A DNA stretch of 26,869 nt. Source: Candidatus Micrarchaeaceae archaeon. GTDB lineage: Archaea; Micrarchaeota; Micrarchaeia; Micrarchaeales; CABMGC01. Of the stretch, positions 16,132 through 25,567 are shown piece after piece. The stretch is from contig JAVZVY010000010.1 in the NCBI GenBank assembly GCA_038878295.1, forward strand, positions 1 through 26,869. The letters are read 5' to 3'. The position numbers and the translations under genes were made by a program. The notes below the pieces were generated by a model. That model saw nothing but the letters and a program-made list of their open reading frames with translations. It searched no databases and was not told where the DNA came from. Positions within the stretch are counted from its first letter, which is position 1; each line of letters opens with the position of its first letter.

Positions 16132-16902
16132 TCACCTTAGTTCTTTTACAAGCCTGCTGCTTACTATCTTTTCGAGCTTGTGCTCGAAACTTTCATATCT
16201 CTTTGGAAACTTTATTATATTTATATTCTTATTTGATAAACTGACAGTAAATTTCTTTCCAGGCTTAATCGCTCCTATATTTATGCCGTCATACCTCAGC
16301 ATACCCGTGTAGCGTATTATTTCAATCTCTAACTTTGTGTGCCCGTCAATCACTATCGAGTTTCTGTAGGGACCGTCGGGATTCACGAATGTGATGCTCA
16401 TGTCATCTTTATTCAGAAGAATAGGCCCGCCTGCGGCCCTATTGTAAGCGGTAGAGCCTACCAAATTTGAGATTATTACGCCGTCGCCTACCATAATATA
16501 TGGATACAATCTTTGCCTTCTGCCTTCGACAATCTGATAGATGGAGAACCTCAAGGACTCTTTTATATTGTGCAACAGTGCTTCGTTTACAGCATAATAC
16601 TTTCTGCCATTATATGCTACTTCGAGCTTTTTAGATATGCTATCTACCCTGTAGCGCTTTTCCTTGAGGCTTTCTATTATGAAGTCAATGTCTTTAATGG
16701 TAAGATCTGAATAGTAGCTTACGCTCATTGGATCAAGTCCGTTTATAGGTAATACTGGGCCATTGTGCATTTTAGCGGCTTTTATGAACGTGCCATCACC
16801 GCCAACCGCCAAGCATATTTCGGCTTCGCTCGAAACCTCGAATGAGTCATACAGTTTCTTTAGCTCAGGATACTTTCTTTTCGCTATTATTCTTATCTTC
16901 AT
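16132..16902 (-). CDS. nadK: NAD(+) kinase
   Basis: VGGDGTF, AVNEA, GDGVII and GSTAYNRAAGGP. Alternative start GTG 16911. Confidence 0.92.
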   Translation of the reverse strand: MKIRIIAKRKYPELKKLYDSFEVSSEAEICLAVGGDGTFIKAAKMHNGPVLPINGLDPMSVSYYSDLTIKDIDFIIESLKEKRYRVDSISKKLEVAYNGRKYYAVNEALLHNIKESLRFSIYQIVEGRRQRLYPYIMVGDGVIISNLVGSTAYNRAAGGPILLNKDDMSITFVNPDGPYRNSIVIDGHTKLEIEIIRYTGMLRYDGINIGAIKPGKKFTVSLSNKNINIIKFPKRYESFEHKLEKIVSSRLVKELR

Positions 16903-16912
16903 CAAATGCACG

Positions 16913-18625
16913 CTACAAGCTTAAAAATGACATGTCAGATTTTCCGTCGAATTTGAAAAACCCCAAGCGTTCAAACTGGACTATTTCGTTTTCTTTGAGA
17001 TTCCTTGCGTATTCTTCTGCGTACGCTTTCGTTTCGACAAGGCTCTTCGGATTCAATTCCTCATTATTGAGCATAAGCGGGGCGATTCGTATCAGCTTGC
17101 ATTCGACGTTTTTTCTCGCATCAACCCATTGTATTTTAGGCGACGATTCGTGAGGTTCGGTGCGCTTAGCCCTTATTTCCTTGCCGACGGAGGCAATCGC
17201 GACTTCGTACAGATCCTTCAGCTTTACCGTATCGCCTACCTTGAGTTTGCTCGCGTCTTTGCCATCTATGTAAAATGAGTTGCTTATATTGTATTCCCGA
17301 TAGCCCAAATCCGAGGTTGGATGTAGCCTAATTTTTACTTCCTGAGAATCAGCGTTCTCAACTACTAGGACTCTTGGGTTTTCTACAGCAAACAGCCTTT
17401 TTGAGGTTGCGTCTATGACTTTTCTATTTTCCGCGAGGAGAGCCTCTATCCCAATCTTGCTATCGGTCTTGCTCATTCCAAATTTAAGCACGAATTCTTC
17501 TATAGCTGTTGGAGTTATGCCTCTGCGCCTAAGCCCAGCTATTGTTATGAGTCGCGGGTCGTCATAACCAGTTATCACGCCGCTCTTCATCAACTTATTC
17601 AGTTTTCTCTTCGAAGTTATGTTGCCGGATATTTCCAATCTCGCTATGCTGTGTATTCTCGGCTTTTTAAGCCCAAGGGAATCAAGTATGCTGTAATACA
17701 ACTCGTCGCTGAGCTCGTACTCTTTGCTCCTTATCACGTCTGTAACTCCGTTTATCGAATCCATTATGGGCGTATTGAAGTTATATGTCGGCCATACGCT
17801 GTATTTGTCGGCTTGCCTGTAGTGCTTGCTTTTCTTTATTCTGAACAGAACCAAATCACGCATTGTAGTGTTTTGCGATTTCATGTCTCCGTTGAACCTG
17901 AGCACAGCTTCGTCTTCGCCGAACTTTCCCAAAAGCATTTCTTCCCACATTTGAAGGTTCTCGGCCTTTGTATTGGATTTATGTATACATGCGACGCCGG
18001 CCTTCCTGTTCGCCTTCATCTGTTCGATGCTGCAGGTGCATGCGTATGCTTTGCCGCGCTTAATCATTTCTTCTGCATATTCATACATGATTTCGACGTT
18101 GTCGCTTGCGTAATATTCCCTGTCAAATTTGATTCCTAGCCAGGAGAGATCGTACTTTATTGCATCGACATATTCCTGCCGTTCGGTTTCTGGATTTGTG
18201 TCATCGAAATACAAGAACATTTTGCCCTTGTACATCTCCTTGAAGGTTTTTTCGAGAAACGCGGCTTTTGCATGGCCTATGTGCATGTATCCGTTAGGTT
18301 CAGGTGGAAATCTCGTTGCGAAATCGCCCTCAACCGCGCCCTCAAGCTCCATATGCGGTTTTGAAGTTTTTTCCACCTTTTCCCTCTTTGCGGCTACAAA
18401 TTCTTCAAGATTTGCGTCGAATTCCTTCTTTACATCTTCTGCGCTCAATGAGTTGACTTCGCGGACTACTTCTTCAACGGCCGTTGCAAGCGATTTTATA
18501 TCGGCTTTAAGCTCTGGCATTATGGAAATTACTTTATTCAGAACAGCGCTCACGCTGGCTTTGCCGTATTCAGCTGCGTTTTTTATCGCATACTTTCTTA
18601 TTATACTCTTAGTTTTGTCGTCCAT
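16913..18625 (-). CDS. gltX: Glutamate--tRNA ligase (archaeal type)
   Basis: TRFPPEPNGYMHIGH, FDDTNP, CTC..C.H Zn site, VWPTYNF, TSKR and DDPRL..LRRRG. The N-terminus KYAIKNAAEYGKA places the start at ATG 18625 (TAATG overlap with the upstream gene). Confidence 0.96.
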   Translation of the reverse strand: MDDKTKSIIRKYAIKNAAEYGKASVSAVLNKVISIMPELKADIKSLATAVEEVVREVNSLSAEDVKKEFDANLEEFVAAKREKVEKTSKPHMELEGAVEGDFATRFPPEPNGYMHIGHAKAAFLEKTFKEMYKGKMFLYFDDTNPETERQEYVDAIKYDLSWLGIKFDREYYASDNVEIMYEYAEEMIKRGKAYACTCSIEQMKANRKAGVACIHKSNTKAENLQMWEEMLLGKFGEDEAVLRFNGDMKSQNTTMRDLVLFRIKKSKHYRQADKYSVWPTYNFNTPIMDSINGVTDVIRSKEYELSDELYYSILDSLGLKKPRIHSIARLEISGNITSKRKLNKLMKSGVITGYDDPRLITIAGLRRRGITPTAIEEFVLKFGMSKTDSKIGIEALLAENRKVIDATSKRLFAVENPRVLVVENADSQEVKIRLHPTSDLGYREYNISNSFYIDGKDASKLKVGDTVKLKDLYEVAIASVGKEIRAKRTEPHESSPKIQWVDARKNVECKLIRIAPLMLNNEELNPKSLVETKAYAEEYARNLKENEIVQFERLGFFKFDGKSDMSFLSL

Positions 18626-19284
18626 TAGCGCACCGGCTGCTGCGTCAATGTTAAGTTTCCGGGCAGTATAGCGCAGTTGGGCGAAGCCGCCGCAGAGCCA
18701 CTGCACGAGAGGAGCGCCATCGCTGCGGCGGATATTGAAGCTGGCTGTTTACCAGTAAAGGAGATTCGCATGCTCTGTGGTCCTACGTCGCTTAACTGGA
18801 CTTCCACATTCTGGCCCTGCACAGAAAAGTACGCACCTTGTGGAAGCTCTACAGTGGCATTGGCTGAAAAGTTTATGCAATTTTCATAGGCAGGCTTGAG
18901 TCTAGACTCGACAACTGCGTATATCGCGTTCGATTCCAGCGTGCCGCTCTGCACGCTCATCGTATTGTTATGCAACAAATAAAACGCACTCACGCTGCCA
19001 TTGCTTTCCATAGACAGTAGCGTTTCGTTTAAAGTGTTTATTATATAGCTCAAGTTGCAATTTTGGGCATGCGATGCAACCAGATCAAACGATTGCGAGT
19101 ATGCGATTGGCGTGACGTTTAGGTTCGCTCTTCCCAGAGGGTAAATCGCGGCAACAGTGGTTGTTATAGTAGAGGTTGTGCTGCCGCTCTGGAATGAAAA
19201 TGAAACGTATGATACTATGAAGATCACTACAATGAACAATGATCCCAGAAACTTTAGGAGTTCGGGTCTGTCCGCACAATGCAC
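18625..19284 (-). CDS. Hypothetical membrane-anchored extracellular protein
   Basis: TM segment FLGSLFIVVIFIVSYVSF, Thr-rich linker, Cys pairs and NxS/T sequons. Start uncertain. Confidence 0.7.
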   Translation of the reverse strand: MHCADRPELLKFLGSLFIVVIFIVSYVSFSFQSGSTTSTITTTVAAIYPLGRANLNVTPIAYSQSFDLVASHAQNCNLSYIINTLNETLLSMESNGSVSAFYLLHNNTMSVQSGTLESNAIYAVVESRLKPAYENCINFSANATVELPQGAYFSVQGQNVEVQLSDVGPQSMRISFTGKQPASISAAAMALLSCSGSAAASPNCAILPGNLTLTQQPVR

Positions 19285-19491
19285 CTTTTGTTGGCCTTTA
19301 CAAAATTGAAGATCACTCGGCTGCGCTTTGCGCTATAGCCTAAAGGATAATATTTATGTTGGAATGAAAAGGAATTTATATGTGCGTTTGCAAAAGAAAT
19401 CTCATGCGTTTGCTGGCTTCAATCACAGCACATCTTTAATTCAGAGCTGCGCATATAAACAATTGCAATACTTATGATTTTAGGTGGTTCA

Positions 19492-20199
19492 GTGGTTTTA
19501 AACGAAGGAGATTTTGTAAAAGTCGAATACAGGGCGTGGAGGGCCGCAGACAATGCGCTAGTTTATACTACGGACGTTGAAGAAGCCAAAAAGGCTGGAA
19601 TATTCGACGAGAATGTCACATACGGTCCGCACCTTGTGATAGTAGGCAAAGGCATGGTCCTAAAAGGCATCGATGCAGCGATGCGAGACATGGATGTAGG
19701 CCAGACAAAAAAGATTGAGCTCGAGCCAAAAGACGCATTTGGCGAAAGGAATCCTAATTTGGTCAGAGTTCTGCCGGTATCAGACTTGAAAAGAAGGGAC
19801 ATAAATCCTTATGTAGGTATGACTTTGGATGTTGACGGCGTAATGGCCACCGTGAAATCAATAACCTCGGGCAGGGTGGTCATAGACGCTAATCATAGAT
19901 TCGCAGGAGAGAAGATGATTTATGAAGTAAAGATAGTTGAGAAAGAGGAAACCGATGAGAAAAAGATAGCGGCGCTAACCGAATACCATGAAGTAAAGCA
20001 GTCATCGGTAGCCGTAAATGCCGATTCGGTAAAAATTTTGGTTAAATCTGGCGCAAACAGGTTCGACGCACGCTACTTTGTCGGAAAAGAAGACTTGGTG
20101 AAGGACTTGATGAAATATTTCGGGAGGATAAATAAAGTTATAATAGAGGAGGAGCATAACAGGAGCGATGTAGAGAAGGAGAGTGAGCAAAAGCAGTAG
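19492..20199 (+). CDS. Long-type archaeal FKBP peptidyl-prolyl isomerase (SlyD-like)
   Basis: GDFVKVEY, YGPHLVIVG, PKDAFGERNP, GRVVIDANHRFAG and a C-terminal extension. GTG 19492 follows AGGTGG. Confidence 0.93.
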   Translation: MVLNEGDFVKVEYRAWRAADNALVYTTDVEEAKKAGIFDENVTYGPHLVIVGKGMVLKGIDAAMRDMDVGQTKKIELEPKDAFGERNPNLVRVLPVSDLKRRDINPYVGMTLDVDGVMATVKSITSGRVVIDANHRFAGEKMIYEVKIVEKEETDEKKIAALTEYHEVKQSSVAVNADSVKILVKSGANRFDARYFVGKEDLVKDLMKYFGRINKVIIEEEHNRSDVEKESEQKQ

Positions 20200-20201
20200 T
20201 G

Positions 20202-20390
20202 TTACTCTGAAATGCTCAGCGCGTACGTGCCATTGATTGTTATTCCGAATTTCTTTGCTAGCTCTGATTTTTCGGCGTTTAATATCATCATGTAGCCGTG
20301 CCATTTCGTTGTGAGGTCTGTAGAACCGCAAACTGGGCAGACTGTGCCTTGAGCTATTATTAGCCTGCAGTTTTTGCATGCCTTTTCCAT
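20202..20390 (-). CDS. spt4: Transcription elongation factor Spt4 (RpoE'')
   Basis: ACKNC...CPVCGS, W.G...I..EKSELAKK and G.YAL; directly follows rpoE. Confidence 0.96.
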   Translation of the reverse strand: MEKACKNCRLIIAQGTVCPVCGSTDLTTKWHGYMMILNAEKSELAKKFGITINGTYALSISE

Positions 20391-20394
20391 ATTG

Positions 20395-20964
20395 TCACTT
20401 CTTTTGCTGTTTTCTCTTTCGCGTCTCCTTGCCTTCAGATTGCCATTCGAGTTTGCCCAATCCCTCAGGCCGCATTGTCAGAGCTATCTTAGATTCCTTT
20501 ATATTGTTCTTCATGCTTATCGTCGAAACCTTTGCGTATACGATATCGCCTTTCTTGAGGACGCGTTTAGTGCTTTTTGAGATAAGCATGTTGGATTTTC
20601 TGTCAAGGCTCATGAACTCGTCTGTTATTTGCGATATGTGCACAAGACCTTCCATTGGCCCTATTCTCACGAAGCAGCCGAATTCAGCGAGCTCAGAAAC
20701 CTCCCCGACAATAACCTCTTCGATCTCAAGATTGAATGCTAGCGCGTCGAATGTCACGTTGTAGTATATTGCCGGATCTTCTGGCAATATTTCCCCGCCA
20801 CTTATGTCTCTCACGTTGTACACAGCAAGCAGCAGCCCTAAGTCTTTGTCAAGTATACGTTCATATTTTTTCTGTAGGATCTCGGCCGCTGCCTTCTCTG
20901 GAGGCTCGTTAAAGTACTCCGGAGTTATTCTTATAGTATCCTTTATCGTGTATGTGTAGTACAA
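20395..20964 (-). CDS. rpoE: DNA-directed RNA polymerase subunit E' (Rpo7)
   Basis: DTIRITP, EVIVGEV..EFGCFVRIGPMEGLVHISQITD (S1 domain) and KIALTMRPEGLGKLEW. GGTGA SD precedes the TTG start. Confidence 0.96.
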   Translation of the reverse strand: MYYTYTIKDTIRITPEYFNEPPEKAAAEILQKKYERILDKDLGLLLAVYNVRDISGGEILPEDPAIYYNVTFDALAFNLEIEEVIVGEVSELAEFGCFVRIGPMEGLVHISQITDEFMSLDRKSNMLISKSTKRVLKKGDIVYAKVSTISMKNNIKESKIALTMRPEGLGKLEWQSEGKETRKRKQQKK

Positions 20965-21076
20965 GGTGTCACCAGTACCGACCTACAAATAGCGGCATCA
21001 TATATAAACGTATCAAAAAGTATATAAAGAGTATGTGGTCGCTGCTGTTCGAGGGCTAAAACGTGCAAGCTATTTC

Positions 21077-21454
21077 TCACCTGAGCAGACCCTTTCTGCT
21101 TATGCTAAGTACCTTTACACCGTTTGCCTCAAGCTTTCTTTTGAGCGCAATGTCGTTCGTGCACACGATTGCTGAGTATTCCGGTGCTATCCTGAGTATC
21201 CACGAATCCGCGTAACCACTGTCGCTATCAACAGTTATACCGCTTGATGAGATTCTCGCAAGAACTAGCCTTGCGTATTTGCTTATTTGACGGGTGCTTT
21301 TGGAAAAGCCATCTAGTTCCCTTAGTATGCCTTTAGATATAATTATTTTATATCCAGGAAAGTTGCTCATCAAAACATCGAATATGTCTATCCCGTTTCG
21401 AATTCCGAATATCATAGAACTTGTATCAACTATAATTACTTTGCCTTCCTGCAT
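21077..21454 (-). CDS. PIN-domain nuclease, Fcf1/Utp24-like
   Basis: IIVDTS, ILRELD, ADSWI and VCTNDIALKRK. It occupies the usual archaeal position upstream of rpoE'-spt4. ATG 21454 chosen as start. Confidence 0.88.
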   Translation of the reverse strand: MQEGKVIIVDTSSMIFGIRNGIDIFDVLMSNFPGYKIIISKGILRELDGFSKSTRQISKYARLVLARISSSGITVDSDSGYADSWILRIAPEYSAIVCTNDIALKRKLEANGVKVLSISRKGLLR

Positions 21455-21556
21455 AAATTCATTCCAAAATAAATTTATACCACAAAATTGATAATAATGA
21501 TTGCGGCAATAGTTATTCGGCTGCATAGAAATGTTGCAAACAAAATAAGTGATGGC

Positions 21557-21991
21557 ATGGTTTATGATTCAATGGAGGATGCTGCTCTCTACGTGCTTCG
21601 CACCTTCAAAGTGGTTGCTGTTGTCGGATGCTCAAGATATGAAGGCAAACCAAGCCATGATGTGCCAGCATATTTGAAGGACGCTGGTTATACCATAGTG
21701 CCTGTCAATCCATTTGCAGATGAGATACTTGGCGAAAAATCCTACAAGTCGCTGCTAGATATTCCAAATGACATAAAGATTGAAGTTGTCGATGTTTTTA
21801 GACCTGGCAGTGAGGCATTGGCGATAGCTAAAGACGCTGTCAAAATAGGGGCGAAGGTCCTTTGGCTGCAGGAGGGTATTTTCAGCGACGATGCCGAGCG
21901 CTATGCCACGGAAAACAAACTGATATTCATAGAGAACAGGTGCATGATGAAGGAGCGCGAAAGACTCCTTCTAGAAAGAAAGTTATATTAG
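21557..21991 (+). CDS. CoA-binding protein (YccU-like)
   Basis: VAVVGCS, PSHDV..YL, PVNP, VDVFRP, LWLQEGI and NRCM. Confidence 0.92.
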   Translation: MVYDSMEDAALYVLRTFKVVAVVGCSRYEGKPSHDVPAYLKDAGYTIVPVNPFADEILGEKSYKSLLDIPNDIKIEVVDVFRPGSEALAIAKDAVKIGAKVLWLQEGIFSDDAERYATENKLIFIENRCMMKERERLLLERKLY

Positions 21992-22022
21992 TTGCACACA
22001 TTTTCATAATAATAGTGATTAT

Positions 22023-23513
22023 ATGCCTTTTAGTAATGTCGAATTTAAAAAGCCGACGTTTAGAAAGATATCGGATGTTGAGTGGGAGATACCCACAGAT
22101 TTCAAAGATGGCATGAAGGTGCCAGTGAAGATATTTGCTACAGAAAAGCTGCTGAATCAGATGGACCTTGAAGTCTTCGATCAGGCGAGCAATGCCGCAG
22201 CTCTTCCTGGGCTTATCGATTATTCCTATGTATTCAGTGATGGGCATTCAGGCTACGGCGTTCCTGTAGGATGGAGTGGTGCATTCGACGCTGAGACAGG
22301 GATAATATCCCCGGGCGCCATAGGATTTGATATAGGATGTGGAATGCGCCTCATAAGGACCAACATAAGCATAGACGAGATGAAGCCAAAGATAAGAGAA
22401 TTGACAGATCTTCTTTTCAGGACTGTACCTGCTGGCGTAGGAGCGACTTCATACCAAGAGCCTAAAGAGTTGTCAAAACTGCCTGAAAGCAAGTTCAAGG
22501 AAGCCGTTGAAGAGGGCGTCGACTGGGCCATAAACAACGGCTACGGATTCGATTCAGATAAGGGCAAGATAGAAAGATATGGCCATGTTGACGGAGCTGA
22601 CGCATCCAAAATAAGCAGAACAGCATTTAGCAGGGGCAAAAGACAAATCGGCACCCTAGGTTCAGGCAACCACTATTTAGAGATACAGGTAATAGACAAA
22701 ATATTTAACGAAGACGTCGCCAAGAAATGGGGTCTTGGCATAATAGACGGTCAAATATGCGTAATGGTTCATACAGGCTCTAGAGGCTTTGGCCATCAAA
22801 TCTGCACAGATTATCTTGTAAAGTTTGCAGACAATGCAGACAAAAACGGGATAAAACTTGCAGACAGGCAGTTGGCATACGCTCCTATTGATTCTCAGGA
22901 AGGCCGCGATTACATAGCGGCTATGTCTGCAGCCATAAACTTCGCATACGTAAACAGGCAGCTTATAACTTACCAGATAAGAAACGCTTTTGAGAAGGTA
23001 TTCGGAAAGAGCGCAGACGAGCTTGGCGTAGAAATAGTGTATGATGTAGCGCACAATACCGCAAATATTGAAAAGCACACAGTTGGCGGGAAGCGCATGG
23101 ATGTTGTGGTGCATAGAAAAGGTGCTACTAGAAGCTTCGGACCAGGCAACGATGAACTCGTTGGCATTTTCAAGTCAACAGGCCAGCCTGTAATTGTTGG
23201 AGGGAGCATGGAAACTGGTTCTTTTCTCTGCGTAGGCACTAAGGCTGCTGAAGAGAAAACATTTGGCACAACGCTTCACGGAAGCGGCAGGACGATGAGC
23301 AGATCCAAGGCAAAAAAGATGGTAAGAGGCGAAGAACTGAAGGAGAAGATGCTCAAAGAAGGCATATATGTGCGTGCTACAACAATGTCGGGGCTTGCTG
23401 AGGAAGCGGGCTTTTCTTACAAAGACATAAACGAAGTTGTAGAAGCGATGGACTTGGCCGGCATAAGCAAGAAGGTGCTCAGGCTCAGGCCGCTAGGCAA
23501 CGTAAAGGGTTAG
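22023..23513 (+). CDS. rtcB: tRNA-splicing ligase RtcB
   Basis: DGHSGYG, GFDIGCG, GTLGSGNHYLE, HTGSRG, DVAHN, HRKGATR, HGSGR and AEEA..SYK. Confidence 0.97.
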   Translation: MPFSNVEFKKPTFRKISDVEWEIPTDFKDGMKVPVKIFATEKLLNQMDLEVFDQASNAAALPGLIDYSYVFSDGHSGYGVPVGWSGAFDAETGIISPGAIGFDIGCGMRLIRTNISIDEMKPKIRELTDLLFRTVPAGVGATSYQEPKELSKLPESKFKEAVEEGVDWAINNGYGFDSDKGKIERYGHVDGADASKISRTAFSRGKRQIGTLGSGNHYLEIQVIDKIFNEDVAKKWGLGIIDGQICVMVHTGSRGFGHQICTDYLVKFADNADKNGIKLADRQLAYAPIDSQEGRDYIAAMSAAINFAYVNRQLITYQIRNAFEKVFGKSADELGVEIVYDVAHNTANIEKHTVGGKRMDVVVHRKGATRSFGPGNDELVGIFKSTGQPVIVGGSMETGSFLCVGTKAAEEKTFGTTLHGSGRTMSRSKAKKMVRGEELKEKMLKEGIYVRATTMSGLAEEAGFSYKDINEVVEAMDLAGISKKVLRLRPLGNVKG

Positions 23514-23514
23514 C

Positions 23515-23943
23515 ATGGGCTACAGATTCATAGAAGATATTGCAATATCCGATATCGCCTTTGAAGCTGATGGTGCCACAATCGATGGGCTGTTTAGCAA
23601 TGCTGCAAAGGCACTCACGGCAGCGATGATCGACAATCCAAAGAGCATCAGGCTAGAAAAAAGTGTAAAGTTTGAAGTTTCTTCAAGAACTCTTGAGATG
23701 CTGCTTTTCTCATTTCTAAACAAGATTATTTTCTACAAAGATTCGATGCGAATTCTATTTGGTAAATTCGAAGTTAAGACAAGCGAAAACAAAGTTTACG
23801 AGCTTAGATGCACAGCTTACGGTGAAGAGTTAGATGCTGAGAAGCAGAAGCTTGCAGCTGATGTAAAGGCTGTGACAATGCACATGCTCAGGGTCTGGAA
23901 AGAAAATGACAAATGGCACGCTAGGGTTATACTTGATGTCTAA
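23515..23943 (+). CDS. Archease
   Basis: YRFIED..SDIAFEA, VKAVTMH and C-terminal ILDV; 1 bp after rtcB. Confidence 0.95.
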   Translation: MGYRFIEDIAISDIAFEADGATIDGLFSNAAKALTAAMIDNPKSIRLEKSVKFEVSSRTLEMLLFSFLNKIIFYKDSMRILFGKFEVKTSENKVYELRCTAYGEELDAEKQKLAADVKAVTMHMLRVWKENDKWHARVILDV

Positions 23944-23945
23944 TT

Positions 23946-24734
23946 TTAGAAAGGCTTCGGCCTAAATGAAAACGCGCTTATCTTATTTACAAGAGTACTG
24001 TAAAGGAGTTTTGCAGATTTTGGATCCTTTTCAGAAAGCAGTTTTGAAGCGATGTAAATAGAATTAGTTTCTCCTGCATCTATAAGTTTGTTAATCAAAG
24101 ATATCGACTCTTTTGCGTTGTTGCTGCTAATTGAAAGCAGCAGCTTTAAGTAGTCGATTGCAATCTGCGCGTAGTTGAGTTTTGACAATCCGTCTATTGC
24201 CTTCGCAGAGGCTGATTTCCTTCCTATCTTTATGTTTATCAGCGCGTTCATGTACAGTTCATCGCCGCTTTGCTGGCCTTCTATTGCTTTGGATTTGCTC
24301 AATGCTTTGAATAGGAATTCCTTTGATTTCATGTACATCAAATTTGAAAGGTCTTTGTTTGCCGAGTTTTCCTCCATGAAACCGCTGAGCGAATAGTTTA
24401 CCTTGTTGTATAGGTATTCTGAATAGCAAGCGTAGAATACCGCATTTCCATAGAGCACTGCAGGCTCGTTGCGCTCCTCCAGCTGCTTTGAAATCTCAAG
24501 AGCCTTCTCCCACTGGCCCTGATAGACCGCATTTGATCTTGCGGTAATAGCGCTTCTAAGCGCGGGATCTTCAGGAAGCACTTCCGCACCTGTGCCTGCA
24601 GGCATTTCGCATAGGTTGCAGATGGCAACGCCTCCTGCGTATGTTTGTATTTCGCTTCCACAGTACTGGCACGACAAAGACGCCCTTTGCTGCGAGCCAA
24701 GCAGTTTTATGGCTTTCTTTACTTCGATTTTCAT
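23946..24734 (-). CDS. Hypothetical protein: N-terminal Zn ribbon plus helical (TPR-like) region
   Basis: CQYCG...CNLCE followed by Ala/Leu/Tyr-rich helices; 8 bp downstream of fibrillarin. Confidence 0.7.
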   Translation of the reverse strand: MKIEVKKAIKLLGSQQRASLSCQYCGSEIQTYAGGVAICNLCEMPAGTGAEVLPEDPALRSAITARSNAVYQGQWEKALEISKQLEERNEPAVLYGNAVFYACYSEYLYNKVNYSLSGFMEENSANKDLSNLMYMKSKEFLFKALSKSKAIEGQQSGDELYMNALINIKIGRKSASAKAIDGLSKLNYAQIAIDYLKLLLSISSNNAKESISLINKLIDAGETNSIYIASKLLSEKDPKSAKLLYSTLVNKISAFSFRPKPF

Positions 24735-24742
24735 GCAGTCAT

Positions 24743-25417
24743 CTACAGCTTTCTCATAACTGCAAACAGATGCGATTTGTCATAAGGCATTATGTCTATA
24801 GTTTCTATAACCTTAAATATGCTGCTGGTTTTTTTAAGAAATTCCTTGTAGACCAGCTGCTGAGGCTTTGCGACGTCTATGCTTTGAGATTTTATCGCAA
24901 CGTATGCATAGCCATTGCTGCGCAGAAGCTGGCTGTTCCTTATCAGTATTTCAGCCTGGTCCCTGGCTGAAACATCCTGATAGATTATATCGACCTTTCC
25001 TATTTCGCTTGCATATGCTTCTACGTTTCTCGCATCCTTGAGGTAAGGCAGCATATTGTCGCGTATTTCGCACTCTTTTAGGAGTTTTTGCATGCTCTGT
25101 TCGGATATTTCTACACAATAAATAACCCCATCGCAAGCTATGTCGCTGACATGGCTGCATGTTGTGCCTGTCGCCGCGCCCAGGTAGAGCAGATTCGAAT
25201 TGCTGATTATATGGAATTCCTTCAGTCCCTTTAGGATAGCTGCGGCCAGCTTGCTCCTGTATGGGTTCCAATACCGATATTCGATGCCGTCGATGCGCAC
25301 TAATTCCTCGCCATATGTGCTATGGCCTGGAACCTTGTTTTTCGTCGCTAGCCTGTTTCCAATCCTGAAAACTCCGGGAAAGACGGCATTTGCTTCGATC
25401 TTGCCTTCCTCTTTCAT
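24743..25417 (-). CDS. flpA: Fibrillarin-like rRNA/tRNA 2'-O-methyltransferase
   Basis: YGEE, EYRYWNPYRSKLAAAI, LYLGAATGTTCSHVSD, DAR, YQDVS, IKSQSID and PYDKSH. ATG 25417 chosen; the 39-codon upstream extension has no recognisable homology. Confidence 0.96.
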   Translation of the reverse strand: MKEEGKIEANAVFPGVFRIGNRLATKNKVPGHSTYGEELVRIDGIEYRYWNPYRSKLAAAILKGLKEFHIISNSNLLYLGAATGTTCSHVSDIACDGVIYCVEISEQSMQKLLKECEIRDNMLPYLKDARNVEAYASEIGKVDIIYQDVSARDQAEILIRNSQLLRSNGYAYVAIKSQSIDVAKPQQLVYKEFLKKTSSIFKVIETIDIMPYDKSHLFAVMRKL

Positions 25418-25567
25418 AACATCAGTGCTTGACTGGATTGTTTTTGGCTGTTTTACGCTTATATCCTTTTCTATACAGCATGCTAGCCCTGTGGCACGGG
25501 CAGAGTGCGCCAGCCCCTCATTTCCACAAGACATAAATTATTTGCGCGATATTAGTTGATAGATGAG

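Noticed and set aside
18626..18706. N-terminal extension of GluRS in the ORF track
   Set aside because: It overlaps the upstream gene. Homology starts at MDDKTK with a TAATG stop-start junction.
19270..19290. Odd start (MHCADRPE) of the membrane protein; the GTG lies inside an AGGTG SD-like motif, hinting at a 1-nt indel near the true start
   Set aside because: This cannot be distinguished from genuine use of GTG 19284 without reads or homologs.
22023..23943. rtcB-archease pair as a possible novel RNA-repair system, or an intein in RtcB
   Set aside because: This is a well-known operon, and 496 aa is normal length with no intein. It simply fits the intron-containing tRNA.
25418..25534. 39-aa N-terminal extension of fibrillarin, or a C/D-box sRNA (CTGA just upstream of the ATG)
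   Set aside because: The extension has no recognisable homology and spans probable promoter sequence. I found no RTGATGA C box to partner the CTGA.
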